A DNA stretch of 64,000 bases from a virus: positions 32,001 through 96,000 of the IMG/VR virus record IMGVR_UViG_3300026534_000102; one strand, 5' to 3'. Under the pieces are notes generated by a model. It did not search any database and was not told the origin of the DNA. It saw only the letters and a program-made list of their open reading frames with translations. Below, piece after piece: positions 47,340 through 59,700 of this stretch; the first letter of the stretch is position 1; each line of letters starts with the position of its first letter. The position numbers and the translations under genes are program-made.

Positions 47340-50300
47340 TTATACTCCTATATCCCATTGTGCCAATAATGGAGCTGTTCTAGTTCTTACCCTCGAAATT
47401 AAATTTTTATCCGCAGTTAAATCACTTCTTACAAAAATAGAAATTTCTCCGCCCGCGGGAACCTGTTTAAAAACAAAAGGCAGTTCAGAGGAATCTACTT
47501 TATAAAAGGTTACATTATCCTTTGATATTTCAATTAAATCTGATTCTACTAACGGTTGTATAATATTCCCAGAAAAATCAAACAAGTCTTTATAAAAGTC
47601 TTCTTTCGCATATCCAAAAACTTTAACCTCACCAATAACGGCAGAAATAGATTTAGGGTTTGGCTCATTCATAAATGCATTAGAAGAACCAGTTCCTCCT
47701 ATAATAAGTGTAAAAAACTTATCATCCATATATTCCCAAGTATCTTTTAAATCAAAAATAGGGACACCATTTAGATATATTCTAATAGTAGTACCTCTGG
47801 GAGAAAGTGCTGTGCCATCATTAGAAAAAGACATAGCAAAATGCCAAGGAGAATCAACTGAAATTATGTCAGAATTAGTTATAATCAAAGAGACTTTTTT
47901 AAACGAATTAGTAGATGGGTTGCCATAGTAAATCAAAAACCCACCCTCAGATAAAGCACAACCTAAAGAATCCCCCTCAGTAGATGTCATTGAAAAAATG
48001 TTTCTTGGGTGCATTTCTCCGAACGAGTCCACCCCATCTAAAGTAGTATCTGGTCTAAGCCACATACTAATGGCTCCCGAAGAGAGACTAAGATTAGAAA
48101 GCTTAATAGATATGTTATCATTTTCAGATAAATATAATCCTGGTACTGCATCATGGAGGTAATCTTCAAACATATTACGGGCAATACTAAAACCATCTAT
48201 TTCAAATTTTATTGGCTTTGTATTATTCCCCTTAAAATGAGTTTCTATAAAAGAGAAATCAATATATTGAACCGCTCGCGGATCTTTATCACGAGAGCCA
48301 TACTCTAAATCATAATTAACATTATCGGCGCTTTTAAATCTTAAGAACATATCATTCCAACCTGTAGAAACCTGCCCAGAAATAGTCGTAAAGTACCACT
48401 CATAGTAAATTGGACTTCTAGAACTGGTTCCATCATAACCACCAAACACAAACTTACCGTAAGTCCAATCAACAGCACTATAATCTTCTATGTACCATCG
48501 AAACTTTAATGCATCTCTCCAAGAACATTTTTCGTCTACACCAAAATCATCGCCTTCTATAAATTTAACAGTTTCTTCTAAGTTAGATTTAGGATAATCT
48601 ATTACTAAAGATCTCGTACAATAATAATACGTGGAATCATAGGAATTAGATAAATTACTATACTTAGACGACCACCAATAGTAATAATCCACTGGGTTTT
48701 CCTTATACCATCCTATAACTTTGAGATGCTTTAAATATCTTTTACCCGATAAATGATTTGTAGCATCTAAATTCTTTGTAACCACCCATTGTTCATAATT
48801 GGGAGCTTTTCCCCACCCAGTAAATGTTATTTTTTCTGGGTCAGATAAAACTGAATCTGAAAAAGAGTAGTTATCCTCAACACTTACCCAATCCATAGAA
48901 AGGTCTTCTTTCCAAGGCCCTACAACTTCTGGAAGATCGAAAGTATAAAATTGAGATTTCATATTAATGGCTACAATTGGAGTATCATCACTATTCAAAA
49001 TAGAAAAACCATAATATTCATAAACTTCTATTTCACGTAATGTAACTCCATTAAAAACTTCTAAATCGGTCGCAGACGTGGCCAACAGAGTTTGGCCCGG
49101 CTCTATTGCATTTACTGTAAGGCGTAGCCATCTAGCTTTAACAGGTGTAGTCACCTCATGTGTACGTTCATATTCAGTATTTCCACTAACATCAAAAAAA
49201 GTTATATATTGGCCTTCATTTTCAGCTACTTCTATAGTATAGTCTACCATCATGTGTGCTGGTAAATCTGAAGCAGGATCTGGAGATTCCTGTGCACCAT
49301 GATATAAAACAACCTTATAAATATCATACACTTTACCAAAGTCTATTATAAAATATGGAGCAGGTATATCTCCATTCACTCCCCAACACTTTAGCAAATC
49401 AAATGTATGATCCCCATCAGTGAGAAAAGAGGTAGACATTGGTCCAAAAGTAGGAGAAGACTCTATACTCGAAGAAGCTATGCCCAAAGCTATGTTATTA
49501 TTTCCCAACGAATATAATGTAGTAGCTGGCCCTATAGCTGTCCAACTATTATTATATCCTCCAGAGGGAGCAAGTTGTGTACTAATTTCAGTAAAAACAT
49601 TAAGTCGTTCAACAAGCCTCGAAACACCATCACCATTTAATAATGTTAACATTACCCATCTAGCATTCTTAGAATCAGAATAATAAGCAGCACACTGCGT
49701 AATTTCAAATTTATTTACAAACACACCTATAGCAGGATATCCTGGATCATTACTATTTAGCGCAAAAGAACATACCATTTTAGTACAATTATTATAAACC
49801 AGTTTATAAGTAGATAGTTCAGCCCACACATCTCCAACATTTTCTCTATAATAAAAACTAAAAACATCGCCTACTCGTTTTATTCTTATATTAGCTTTTA
49901 TTGGAATTGAACTATTATTACTGTATAATTCTTTTGAAGTTGAACTATTATCATTAATAGTTAATTTATAGCCTAAAACACCATAAAAAATACCAATATT
50001 AAATTCAAAAAACAAAGAATCATTTAAAACATCTCTTACAGTAAAAACAAAGCTCCATGGTAAAGAAGTAAAGTCCTTGATTTCATACTCAAACCATGCA
50101 TCAAAATCATTATTAAACACATATTTGAACTCAGCAGAAGCGTTATCTTGATGCTGTGTCTCTCCATTGACTTTAAATAAAAGTCTATTGTCAAAAATAT
50201 ATACTGAGCTATAATCAGTAGTGTTCACAGTCCACCATTTGGGTAAAGAATAATCCTGAGCACTAAATGTAGTATCTATATCAGTTTCATTTATGTATTC

Positions 50301-53300
50301 AAATGCCTTATTAACATCATCAGTCTCTTTACTAGAATAAATGGTATTAGTAGTCAAAGATAAATCTGTTACGCCCGAGGCGCCAAAATTTCTTATAAAT
50401 TCCAAAGAATATCTTTTTTCCAAATCGATTGCTAACATAGAGAAGTACTGCTTACTATACAAAGATCCAGCAATATAATAACTATACTGACTTGGATAAA
50501 TTAAATCTACATCACAATAATGACCATAAATAGCGTTATCATTACTTGCATAAAAAGAAATTGTGTAAAGTCTTCCGTATCGATGTTCTACTCTTGGACC
50601 AGAATAGTATATCCGTCTATGATAGCGCCCTTTATCTTTTTGATTATTTAAATCCGTTCTAGAAATTCTCACATTAGTTATATAACCAGAAAAATACTTA
50701 CCTATTTCTATATCATTTAATCCCGTAATATTAATTACGGATGTTGTATTAATCATCTTATTGTTGAAACCACCAATACCTACGTAAGAACCATGATCAT
50801 ATTCGATTCTATATCCTTTGTTCATTATTATGTTAGTCCATCTATGCGGTTTTATATACGATTCTGTATACGAACCATTGCCTATAACAGTATCATTATA
50901 AATTAGTTCCAAAGTAAATTTATATGGATCTCTGTGTTGTCTTTTAATTATTATAGCGTATTGGTTTTCTATGTCTGAAATACCAACATCTGTTTTTCTC
51001 TGCTGTATTAAAACGGAATAATCTCTATCTCCTCTAATTAAAAACTTAGTGTATTCATCTGGAATAAATTTTCCGGCCGGCGGAGTAAAAGACGAAGACC
51101 ACCTTGCAAAACCTTTTGTAAACCTAGCTTCTTCAATAATTCCAAAACACTGATCATTAACTGTATTATTATAAAGAGCACAACCAATATTTAAATCCTG
51201 ATCATTAAAATAATTAGATCCACCAACTACACTAAACTCTTCATAGTAGCCTAGAGACCCAGAAATCACAGTTGTATTTTTTTCATCCCCATCTATAAAT
51301 AGATGTAAATTACTCCCTGCTCTACTAACAGCTAAATGATAAGTAACACTACTATCAGGATTCAGCCAAGTACAATCAATTGTATTATTTCCGCTTTCAA
51401 AAACTAATTTATGATTTATGGCATCATAATAGAAATGTAATGTGTTTTTTCTGTAAAAGAACGTAACTTTGGAGGTAATTGAAATAAATTTGAAATAACA
51501 ATCAAATGTAAAATCTTCGGTTCTTAAATCAAACAGTCTTTTATTCTTAACAATGATATAGGCATCTGAATCAACAAACTTATACCCCCACCCAACATAA
51601 CCTTCTTCTGGAGGCACCATATCTACTTTGTAACTTATTACCTTGTGACCCTCACTAGATACATCATAAACCCCTTTAGGTAAACTCGTAGGGCACATCC
51701 AAAAATCTATAGTCATTAATCGATTATCTATTCTATATTCTTCCTGTTTCGGGGCAGAAAGATAAGAAGAACCATCAAAATATGCTGTCCCATTACTTTC
51801 TGGTAAAATATTAGTATTATAAGATAGTGCAGAACTAACTTCAAAATGGTATAATTTCCCTTTAACATAATTATTAGGTGGGGTGTGGTTATAAGAACTA
51901 GCTAAACCTAATGAAACGCTTCCCCAAATACAAGAAGAAACTAAACTTCCTTCAAAAGCCAAGGCACTACCATCGAAATCATCGGTCCAAACCTTCAAAG
52001 AGTAGTTCTCATATCCGTCATAAACCAGTTTAAAGTAATACTTAGTATTTAAAGCACAAACCCCCAAATTATTACTTTTACTAGAGCACCCAACATCATT
52101 TGGATTTATAATCACTATCTTAGTAGAATTTGAAGATAATCTAACACAACATCCTAACATACCAGGAGTCGAATAATAATAACCACGATATCTGTCAACA
52201 TCAATAAACCCGAATTCAACCCTACCGTTTTGATAATCCGTTACCTCTAAACAAACTTTTAATTCTATTTCGGGATTATTAGTAGTATCTAATCTAGTAC
52301 CGCCCCAATAAAATTCTTTTTCTTCATCTACCTTCCTTACAATTCCAGTATGTACATTATCATAATCACTTCCTTCTATAGAAAAATCCAAGTATCCTGG
52401 ATACTCATAAGTCCCACTAGTGACTGTCCCACTCGAAGAAACCCAATTAAAATAAGTTAAATGTTGGAGAGAGTAATAACTCTGATTTTCATACTCGCGT
52501 GCTTCCCATTCTGAAACTGATGACCAACTACCCAAATCTAATAAATAACTACCTGAAATAGAAGTAAATTTAGATTCTATTGGTACAACACCATGCGTAT
52601 TTACAGTATTTTCATAATAACTATAATCAAAAAACCTATTAGTTACTTTGTCTTCCAACAAATAAAAGGTAGTATATCTATCAACACCACAATATCGATC
52701 TATAGCAGGATTATCAGCATCATCAATCATTTCTACCCAGTCGGGTTTAAAATCGTGATAAACAACCAATTTGTCTATAGATTTAGGACTACCTAAATCT
52801 ATAGTTATATACTGCTCATCTTTGACAGTGTAGTAACTTCCACTAGTAGAATGATCATTTAAATGGGGGGCGGTATTGATAGCAGAACTGTTAAAAACAT
52901 CCATATTTTTATTATGATAAAAAACCGCACCAGTTAGTTCTTCATCCTTGTAATAAGGTTTTATTTCTCTTATATTCCAGCTATTATATTTACATTTAAA
53001 TGCCAACCTCCAATATCTGTTCCTACTAATAACAGGTATATTAATAATACTATAGGCCCCATTTGGAATATTGGAAAAATGCATGTAATCTGTTTCAATT
53101 TTTTTTCCATAATTAAATTCAAACCAGTACTCCCCATTATCATAAGAGTAATAAGCTAATTTACCAATAATAGAATTATCCAACGTGAAACAATCACAAT
53201 TTATCGCAATGTTTTTATTATCATTCCTTATAGGATATGAAGGTGACTTAGAAACAACGGGCGCAGGCCCTTTCTCAGCCCTACTCAAGGACTGGTACCC

Positions 53301-56300
53301 ATCAAATTTATCATAAAACGAAAGGGAATTAACATTTTCAACCGATTTCAAAACATCAACATATAGGTCATAAGGTTTCCCATAAATGTTTTTAAAAACA
53401 ACCTCATTGATTTGACCTTGTCTTCCAATCCCATTTGTACCAAGCACAACTAAATCCTTGCATTTTGGATTTTCTACGTATAAGTCATCTTCATTTATAT
53501 TGAGCAAAATATCTCGGAGTTTAATTGCCGTTATAGGATTAAATTCTATTGTGAAATAACGTGGGGTATCCCCAACCATAGCTTGAGCAGTTTCATTATC
53601 TAGTTCAGATAGTTCTAGAGGTATCCAATAATCTTTATATAAAGAGTAATTGATAAAAAGTCCACCAACAAAAGTGGAACCAAGATTTGGAGCAAAACCA
53701 TAAAGCTCCATCTCTAAAACTTTAGTGGAATAATGAAAATCAGTATAAATTCTAAACCCTTTGGCTTCTAAAGGCTCCCACTCATGCTGCAACAATTTCC
53801 AATCAAGGGCAATCGCTTGATGCGCGGCCATGTTATTAGTTATATTAAACTCAGCATTATAAGTAGGATGTCCAGGTAAAGTGGAATCCCCAGGTATATA
53901 CCACCCTGGACCAGAAACATACTCTAATTGTGGTTTTCCTATAGTGGGGTTAGAAAAAAGATAATCTTTTACTGCGTCATACCTATCACTTCCTTTTTCA
54001 TACCTTGTATTATCCAAAGTTACAGCGGTGTATTCAGGAATTAAATTATAATGAGGATTATCTGCGTTCCCAGAAATATAGTAATCATCTACATAATAAG
54101 ATAAAGCAAAGTTTTTAAAGTTGTTTTCTTCTTTAAAATAAATTTTTGATTTAAATATTTTCTTATTACGATTTAAAGGGAATCGGGTGTAAAAAGCCAC
54201 AGGGTCACTTTCAAAATCTATAACTCTTTCATTAGTAAACCAGGGGTATTCGAAATAATGTCTCCCAATCCATTCATGATCACCATTTACCCAAAAATAA
54301 TAGGGATTGTTTGGAATTACTCCAGTATCAGCATAAGATGCCCAGGAATCAGCCGCCTTACCTCCCTGGACCTTGTAAATCCCATCATTTAGTCTATTAA
54401 CTCCATAAGCTATATTCGGGACAGTAAAAAAATGCCAAAGACCCTGAAGAATATCATAATAAGCTGTTGTATGATTTAAACCAAATACATCAACATTCCA
54501 ATTTATATCAACACAGCGCATTAAATTATATTCCAAAGAAAGGGGTTTGGAAGACCCCGTAACTATTAAATCACTTATATTTATCCTGTGATTTAAATCT
54601 ACATCAAGTCGAAGGCGTGTTTGTTTCTCTGAACTTCGAGCATATAATAATAAACCATCTACACCATCACCATGAATTGATCCAGGATAAATTCTATCCC
54701 CTACAAATACTTCTTCTGGGAATTCATAATATAGAGCGTTTGTATGAACGGCGTCACCCTGCGGACCTTTATATAGCTTAATATTATAGATTCCTAGCAA
54801 GTCACCTTTATTTACGAAAATATCGCAATCTACATCTATCGACATTTGATATCTGTCATATAGTGTATGTATTGGGTCGGTCTTATCTTCAATAGGAATT
54901 GTTTCCACACAAACCAAACTTCCATCAATCTGTGGTCTAAAAATTAAAAACTTACTTCCTTTTGCCGTTATTCTACCCGCATCGCTTTCTTCACTAATAA
55001 GCCACCCGCCATACAGGTCAGTTCTCACGCTTTGATAACCTATATCTGGAGTACCTAAAGCATGAATCTCTTTAATTCTACCAGTAGCATTAAATGGATG
55101 ACAATAATCAATAATAACTTTACCAAACCCATCAAGCATATTATAATTAGGATAAGATTGTTGTCTGTAGTCAGGGTCCATGGTGAAAAAAAGTTCGTCT
55201 TGACTACCCCCTGTCCCACAGGTATCCCAGTCTTTTCTACCAGCCTCAACATTATAAAGGTGTGGATCAAAATTTATAGATGTTGAATCATTAGCATCAA
55301 AAAGTCTTTGAATACCATAAGTTCCTAATCTATAAGAAGATAAAAATTCAGATAAATCAGCGGGGTCTGTTCCAGAAGTAGTTGTAAAGAGAGCATTTCC
55401 TGAAGCATCATAAAACCCCAATTCTACTGCCGCTGGAGAAAAATCTACAAGTACAGAACTCGCAGCTCTATTCGTTCCAGATATAATTTCAAATCTATTA
55501 TCTTCAGTAAAATTAACTTCGGCAGCCTCGTAACCTCCTAACGAAATCAAAGAAAGACTACGCTCAACTAATCGTGCAACCTCATGACCTGTGTAGTTTA
55601 TAAACTCGCCTAATAAAACATGTTCAAACCCATAACCATCAATGTTTACCAATAAATCACTATCATTAGTACCTGACACAGTAAACATAGTTTTATTATT
55701 ATAACCAGAAATACATTTTCCTCTTAACCCAACCCCCTGACAGGGGTGTGAATAGTTCCCAGTTCTAAAATATTCACAATTAGGTTTATCACAATTAAAT
55801 TTGTCAATGGATTTTACCTGTATAGACCTAATAAAAAACTCATCACCATCTCGACCATCTTGATAAATAGGATAAACTCTTAAATCATAAACATCACCTT
55901 GCCAATATTGTGCCTCTGCTACTGAAATAGTATAAGTGTGCCATTTACTATCAGGGTAAATTTCAAATAAAGTCGATTTCTTTTCATCCCAATGTGGATC
56001 TGCTAACGTTCTCCACATCAACTTACCTTTAGAAGGTAAATTTTGGCCGGCGGCGCGGTCAATAACATTAAGTTCCATAGATATTGTAACTATAAAATAA
56101 TCTTCTGCTGAAAAAGGCTGAAAAGGATGGTCTCTTCCTATTACTGCAAAATCCCCATACAAGGTAGCAAAAATAAAATCGTTCCAGCAACCATAAGTAT
56201 GAATACCATCATAGTACAACCATCCATCTACATCACCATTCCTACTAAAATCAGTAGTAAAAGCTACATTAGAATCATGCACGCATAAATAAGATTGACG

Positions 56301-56336
56301 CACAACAACATCGCTATTAGTATATGCATTACTCAA
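47340..56336 (-). CDS. Giant (2998 aa) putative tail/baseplate adhesion protein with LamG and F5/8C-like domains
   Basis: YHLAVSR...LFIDG...GIIEEARFTKG.ARW..FTPP (LamG); IDFGKVYDI.KVVLYH...ARWLRL...LREIEVY (discoidin); C-terminal ISMWLRP...WHFAM LamG. Confidence 0.75.
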   Translation of the reverse strand: MSNAYTNSDVVVRQSYLCVHDSNVAFTTDFSRNGDVDGWLYYDGIHTYGCWNDFIFATLYGDFAVIGRDHPFQPFSAEDYFIVTISMELNVIDRAAGQNLPSKGKLMWRTLADPHWDEKKSTLFEIYPDSKWHTYTISVAEAQYWQGDVYDLRVYPIYQDGRDGDEFFIRSIQVKSIDKFNCDKPNCEYFRTGNYSHPCQGVGLRGKCISGYNNKTMFTVSGTNDSDLLVNIDGYGFEHVLLGEFINYTGHEVARLVERSLSLISLGGYEAAEVNFTEDNRFEIISGTNRAASSVLVDFSPAAVELGFYDASGNALFTTTSGTDPADLSEFLSSYRLGTYGIQRLFDANDSTSINFDPHLYNVEAGRKDWDTCGTGGSQDELFFTMDPDYRQQSYPNYNMLDGFGKVIIDYCHPFNATGRIKEIHALGTPDIGYQSVRTDLYGGWLISEESDAGRITAKGSKFLIFRPQIDGSLVCVETIPIEDKTDPIHTLYDRYQMSIDVDCDIFVNKGDLLGIYNIKLYKGPQGDAVHTNALYYEFPEEVFVGDRIYPGSIHGDGVDGLLLYARSSEKQTRLRLDVDLNHRINISDLIVTGSSKPLSLEYNLMRCVDINWNVDVFGLNHTTAYYDILQGLWHFFTVPNIAYGVNRLNDGIYKVQGGKAADSWASYADTGVIPNNPYYFWVNGDHEWIGRHYFEYPWFTNERVIDFESDPVAFYTRFPLNRNKKIFKSKIYFKEENNFKNFALSYYVDDYYISGNADNPHYNLIPEYTAVTLDNTRYEKGSDRYDAVKDYLFSNPTIGKPQLEYVSGPGWYIPGDSTLPGHPTYNAEFNITNNMAAHQAIALDWKLLQHEWEPLEAKGFRIYTDFHYSTKVLEMELYGFAPNLGSTFVGGLFINYSLYKDYWIPLELSELDNETAQAMVGDTPRYFTIEFNPITAIKLRDILLNINEDDLYVENPKCKDLVVLGTNGIGRQGQINEVVFKNIYGKPYDLYVDVLKSVENVNSLSFYDKFDGYQSLSRAEKGPAPVVSKSPSYPIRNDNKNIAINCDCFTLDNSIIGKLAYYSYDNGEYWFEFNYGKKIETDYMHFSNIPNGAYSIINIPVISRNRYWRLAFKCKYNSWNIREIKPYYKDEELTGAVFYHNKNMDVFNSSAINTAPHLNDHSTSGSYYTVKDEQYITIDLGSPKSIDKLVVYHDFKPDWVEMIDDADNPAIDRYCGVDRYTTFYLLEDKVTNRFFDYSYYENTVNTHGVVPIESKFTSISGSYLLDLGSWSSVSEWEAREYENQSYYSLQHLTYFNWVSSSGTVTSGTYEYPGYLDFSIEGSDYDNVHTGIVRKVDEEKEFYWGGTRLDTTNNPEIELKVCLEVTDYQNGRVEFGFIDVDRYRGYYYSTPGMLGCCVRLSSNSTKIVIINPNDVGCSSKSNNLGVCALNTKYYFKLVYDGYENYSLKVWTDDFDGSALAFEGSLVSSCIWGSVSLGLASSYNHTPPNNYVKGKLYHFEVSSALSYNTNILPESNGTAYFDGSSYLSAPKQEEYRIDNRLMTIDFWMCPTSLPKGVYDVSSEGHKVISYKVDMVPPEEGYVGWGYKFVDSDAYIIVKNKRLFDLRTEDFTFDCYFKFISITSKVTFFYRKNTLHFYYDAINHKLVFESGNNTIDCTWLNPDSSVTYHLAVSRAGSNLHLFIDGDEKNTTVISGSLGYYEEFSVVGGSNYFNDQDLNIGCALYNNTVNDQCFGIIEEARFTKGFARWSSSFTPPAGKFIPDEYTKFLIRGDRDYSVLIQQRKTDVGISDIENQYAIIIKRQHRDPYKFTLELIYNDTVIGNGSYTESYIKPHRWTNIIMNKGYRIEYDHGSYVGIGGFNNKMINTTSVINITGLNDIEIGKYFSGYITNVRISRTDLNNQKDKGRYHRRIYYSGPRVEHRYGRLYTISFYASNDNAIYGHYCDVDLIYPSQYSYYIAGSLYSKQYFSMLAIDLEKRYSLEFIRNFGASGVTDLSLTTNTIYSSKETDDVNKAFEYINETDIDTTFSAQDYSLPKWWTVNTTDYSSVYIFDNRLLFKVNGETQHQDNASAEFKYVFNNDFDAWFEYEIKDFTSLPWSFVFTVRDVLNDSLFFEFNIGIFYGVLGYKLTINDNSSTSKELYSNNSSIPIKANIRIKRVGDVFSFYYRENVGDVWAELSTYKLVYNNCTKMVCSFALNSNDPGYPAIGVFVNKFEITQCAAYYSDSKNARWVMLTLLNGDGVSRLVERLNVFTEISTQLAPSGGYNNSWTAIGPATTLYSLGNNNIALGIASSSIESSPTFGPMSTSFLTDGDHTFDLLKCWGVNGDIPAPYFIIDFGKVYDIYKVVLYHGAQESPDPASDLPAHMMVDYTIEVAENEGQYITFFDVSGNTEYERTHEVTTPVKARWLRLTVNAIEPGQTLLATSATDLEVFNGVTLREIEVYEYYGFSILNSDDTPIVAINMKSQFYTFDLPEVVGPWKEDLSMDWVSVEDNYSFSDSVLSDPEKITFTGWGKAPNYEQWVVTKNLDATNHLSGKRYLKHLKVIGWYKENPVDYYYWWSSKYSNLSNSYDSTYYYCTRSLVIDYPKSNLEETVKFIEGDDFGVDEKCSWRDALKFRWYIEDYSAVDWTYGKFVFGGYDGTSSRSPIYYEWYFTTISGQVSTGWNDMFLRFKSADNVNYDLEYGSRDKDPRAVQYIDFSFIETHFKGNNTKPIKFEIDGFSIARNMFEDYLHDAVPGLYLSENDNISIKLSNLSLSSGAISMWLRPDTTLDGVDSFGEMHPRNIFSMTSTEGDSLGCALSEGGFLIYYGNPSTNSFKKVSLIITNSDIISVDSPWHFAMSFSNDGTALSPRGTTIRIYLNGVPIFDLKDTWEYMDDKFFTLIIGGTGSSNAFMNEPNPKSISAVIGEVKVFGYAKEDFYKDLFDFSGNIIQPLVESDLIEISKDNVTFYKVDSSELPFVFKQVPAGGEISIFVRSDLTADKNLISRVRTRTAPLLAQWDIGV

Positions 56337-56724
56337 TCGGGAACTCCTTTATCTCACAATTTTTAAATACATTATAAGAACAACTACCTTTACCGTCTTG
56401 ACCAGAACACTTACCGCAATATATTAGATAAGCAGGTCGATGTTTAAAGCTTTCTTTTACAAGTTTTATTTGAACTATATTTTTTAGTAATTTATCTACT
56501 ATGACCTTATGTCTTTTTTTCAAAACCTCTTCATCAGTATATCTAAATAATTTTTCACAAGACGTGCATTTATAAATCATGTAACTATTTAAAAGTTGAT
56601 TTAAAATATCAGTAAATTTCAGTGCGGTATCAATGTTTTCATATAAGTATGCTTCTATTGTTTCTACAGAATCCAGTTGCAATGGGCTCTTGCACACTTC
56701 GCATTCCAAATACTCTATAGCCAT
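56329..56724 (-). CDS. Cys-rich hypothetical (zinc-binding) protein
   Basis: CEVC, CTSC, CGKC...C...C in 131 aa. Confidence 0.65.
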   Translation of the reverse strand: MAIEYLECEVCKSPLQLDSVETIEAYLYENIDTALKFTDILNQLLNSYMIYKCTSCEKLFRYTDEEVLKKRHKVIVDKLLKNIVQIKLVKESFKHRPAYLIYCGKCSGQDGKGSCSYNVFKNCEIKEFPIE

Positions 56725-56741
56725 AAAAACACCCCTTTAAT

Positions 56742-59700
56742 TTAATATTTATGTGGTTTAGAAGCAGGAATAATACCATGAGAAGCTATAACATTTCCAA
56801 CCTGATCTGAGTCATACGGTAAATTTCCTAGCAATTCATTAACAGCAAACTCATATTTAACCTTTCCCCAACTTAGTGAGTCTGCTGGAGTCATAAAATC
56901 AACTGCCATAAACTCTCTATGATTAATATGAGCTAATAAGGGGGATTGTATATCTCGAATAACAGGAGGATTCACCATGCAATTTACTCGATCAACAACA
57001 CTATCCCATCCCCATCTATGACCGCCGGGGCGCCAATGAGGATAAACCTTATACGCATTATGATATGCTTTATAGTCATCCCACCTATAAACAGGACCTT
57101 TAAACTCCGCAGATAAAAAATTAATACTAACTGGATTACCAGTTTTATTTAAACCACCCAAAAAACTTTCAAAATAAGGAGGAACAACAGAAGAAAAATT
57201 AAGAACATCAGCTTGAGCTAAATCTAATTGCCATGCTTTAATATATTCTTTATGTTGGTCATCTTTTTCAACTTTAGTAAGTGTACTAATAGAAATAGAC
57301 AAAGGCGTTTTACCTAACAATTTAAAGAATTCACTCGCCCAACAACCACGCAATTTATTCATTGATTGATAACCAGATTCAAAAAAAGGTTGTTCATAAG
57401 GAAAATGTGGGGCGCCAGAGCCCCAACGAGGTAATAACACACCATCTTTATGGTCTGGATTAGCATCTGGACCAGGATTCGTAAACGTAGATGTATAATA
57501 TTTTCTTTCCCAAACCTTAATTTCATCTTCTATGTTTTTATATTGATCAGCAAAAGAAAGTTTGGGGAGATCAATTGAACATATATCATCTATAATTTCA
57601 ATATTCAAACTAATGGTTGAAGCGCGCCAGTTAATTAAAGTATAAGGTGTTATCACATTTTTCAAATTTAATGTATAATTTTCTAAATAACTAATTTTTT
57701 CAGCTCTTGCAGATTTTCCAGCATAACCTTTTAATTCAATATTTTTTCCTTCTGGGGTTTCAATAGTAATAGTAATTTTTGGAATACCCACATATAATTC
57801 ATCAGAAGCTAAATACCCCCAAATTCCTTCAACAACTAAACTTTCCAAAGACAGCTCATCACTAGTAATAAACATTTCAGACACTACAACAGAAAAATCA
57901 GATGTTTTTCTCCATGTATATTCTTTTAATGACCGCCCTATATTTGATAAAGGTAAGTCCCCAGTAAATAAAGAATTTTTAATAGAATATTCAAACCCTA
58001 GAATATCTCGTTTAGACATCTTCACAATGAGGCCCCTATTAAACACCGATTTAGTCTCCTCGCCTGTAAACATATCAACACCAATCACCCTAGATTTTCC
58101 ATCATTTTCAGCTTCTTCTGGAGTACTACTAAAGGATGCGTCAAATAAGGTGTTTTCATCATGATCAAATTTACTATTACTATTAACTTCAGAATAAACC
58201 TTATGCTTTTTATCATAATCATCTAACCACACAAGAGGTGTATCATTATATTCAGATAAATTTTCATATACGAATTCAAACATTCTTGGTGGTCCCGATC
58301 CAAGTTGTAAAGTTGGTGGATAGTTATCCACATATTTGCTACCTTCTCTTACGGGTGCTTTAAAAGATATTGTAGTCTTTCCTTCATCCGTTATGTACCG
58401 ATATTCTTTTTTATATATATCATATGCATAACTTGGAGGAATTAAATGTACATTTTGCAAATTTTCACCGCGCTCAATTGGCAGCCAATACTCTCTCCAT
58501 GCCCAAGCAAAATTAGACTCTTTAAACGTATAACCAATAGCAGAAGTTCCTACAGGAGTAAATATAAGAGGTTTAGGATACGCACCATGTACAAATCTTC
58601 TAATTTCAAACACCTCTTCCCACCGTAATCTATGTTTGTAATCTATTTTTTCAGAAATAGCCCCACACAAAAGATAATTTAAAGGTTCACTAAAGCTCAC
58701 TGGATCTGAAGCATTCGTATCCGACCATTCGTCAAACGCATTAAAAGAAACATGAAACATACTATTGTCTGCTACCATAGGTGCCCAAGCAGACCTAAAA
58801 TCATTATCAACTCTATATACTACATAATCCTTACATAACGCTCTATCTACAAAATTTCGTGAAAAATTACCAAACGGTGGTAAACGCCATTTATTAGCAA
58901 CATACTCAGCCTCATTGACAGAATTTACAAGATTGGCATAACCACCAAATGACTCGTCTTTAAAATTAGCATACAAATAGTAACAAGAAACACCACAGGT
59001 ACTTGCCCAATTACCCCGTGGCATGTCGCCCCACGTTTTTTCCCGTACAACTCCACAAAACCTCATATCATTTCTGGGAGTACCTTCATATGGCGACGCA
59101 CAATAAGCACACATAGACCATTCTTGATAAATAGCTTTATTATCACAGGCAGCATGGGGATACCACATAGGCCCTTCGGCAGAAGCGGCTGAAGTCAAAT
59201 GATCTCCACAAGGAGCATGAAAATAAACAGACCTTTGTACTCCAGTAGGGGAGTAACCACCTCCTGGTGCTAACGCCCATCCATGACTAGGATTTAATTC
59301 TTGCAAAGGAGCTGTAGCTCTATAAGCATGATTAACTTCGACAGACCTAAAAAAAATGGTTCCAGCATATGTATACAACTTTGCAGCATCAGCCGTAACA
59401 AACTTACCATCTGGCGCTTTTCCAAAACCCACTACCCCTACTGGCCCTGTTTTAAATTTAGAAATCTTAAATTCATTACCAAGGTCCTCAAATTTAAAGG
59501 GAATCGCCACATTTTGATATGTATGAACAAACCCTGAATCATTTTTATTATAACCCACACGAGGTGCCGTAACTTCACCAACATCGCCTCTATAATTATC
59601 CAAAACAGCATAAGAAGTGTCTTGCGGTAAATCAGTTTCTGGTCTCTGTGGATTTGCTTCAAATTTGTATGTCCAAATTGTAAAATCGAGTGTCCATTTT

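Noticed and set aside
9220-56336. T-[T/S]-x-S-G as a dispersed DNA repeat or mini mobile element
   Set aside because: The underlying codons differ between copies (e.g. ACT ACA ATT TCA GGA versus ACA ACT TAT AGT GGT).
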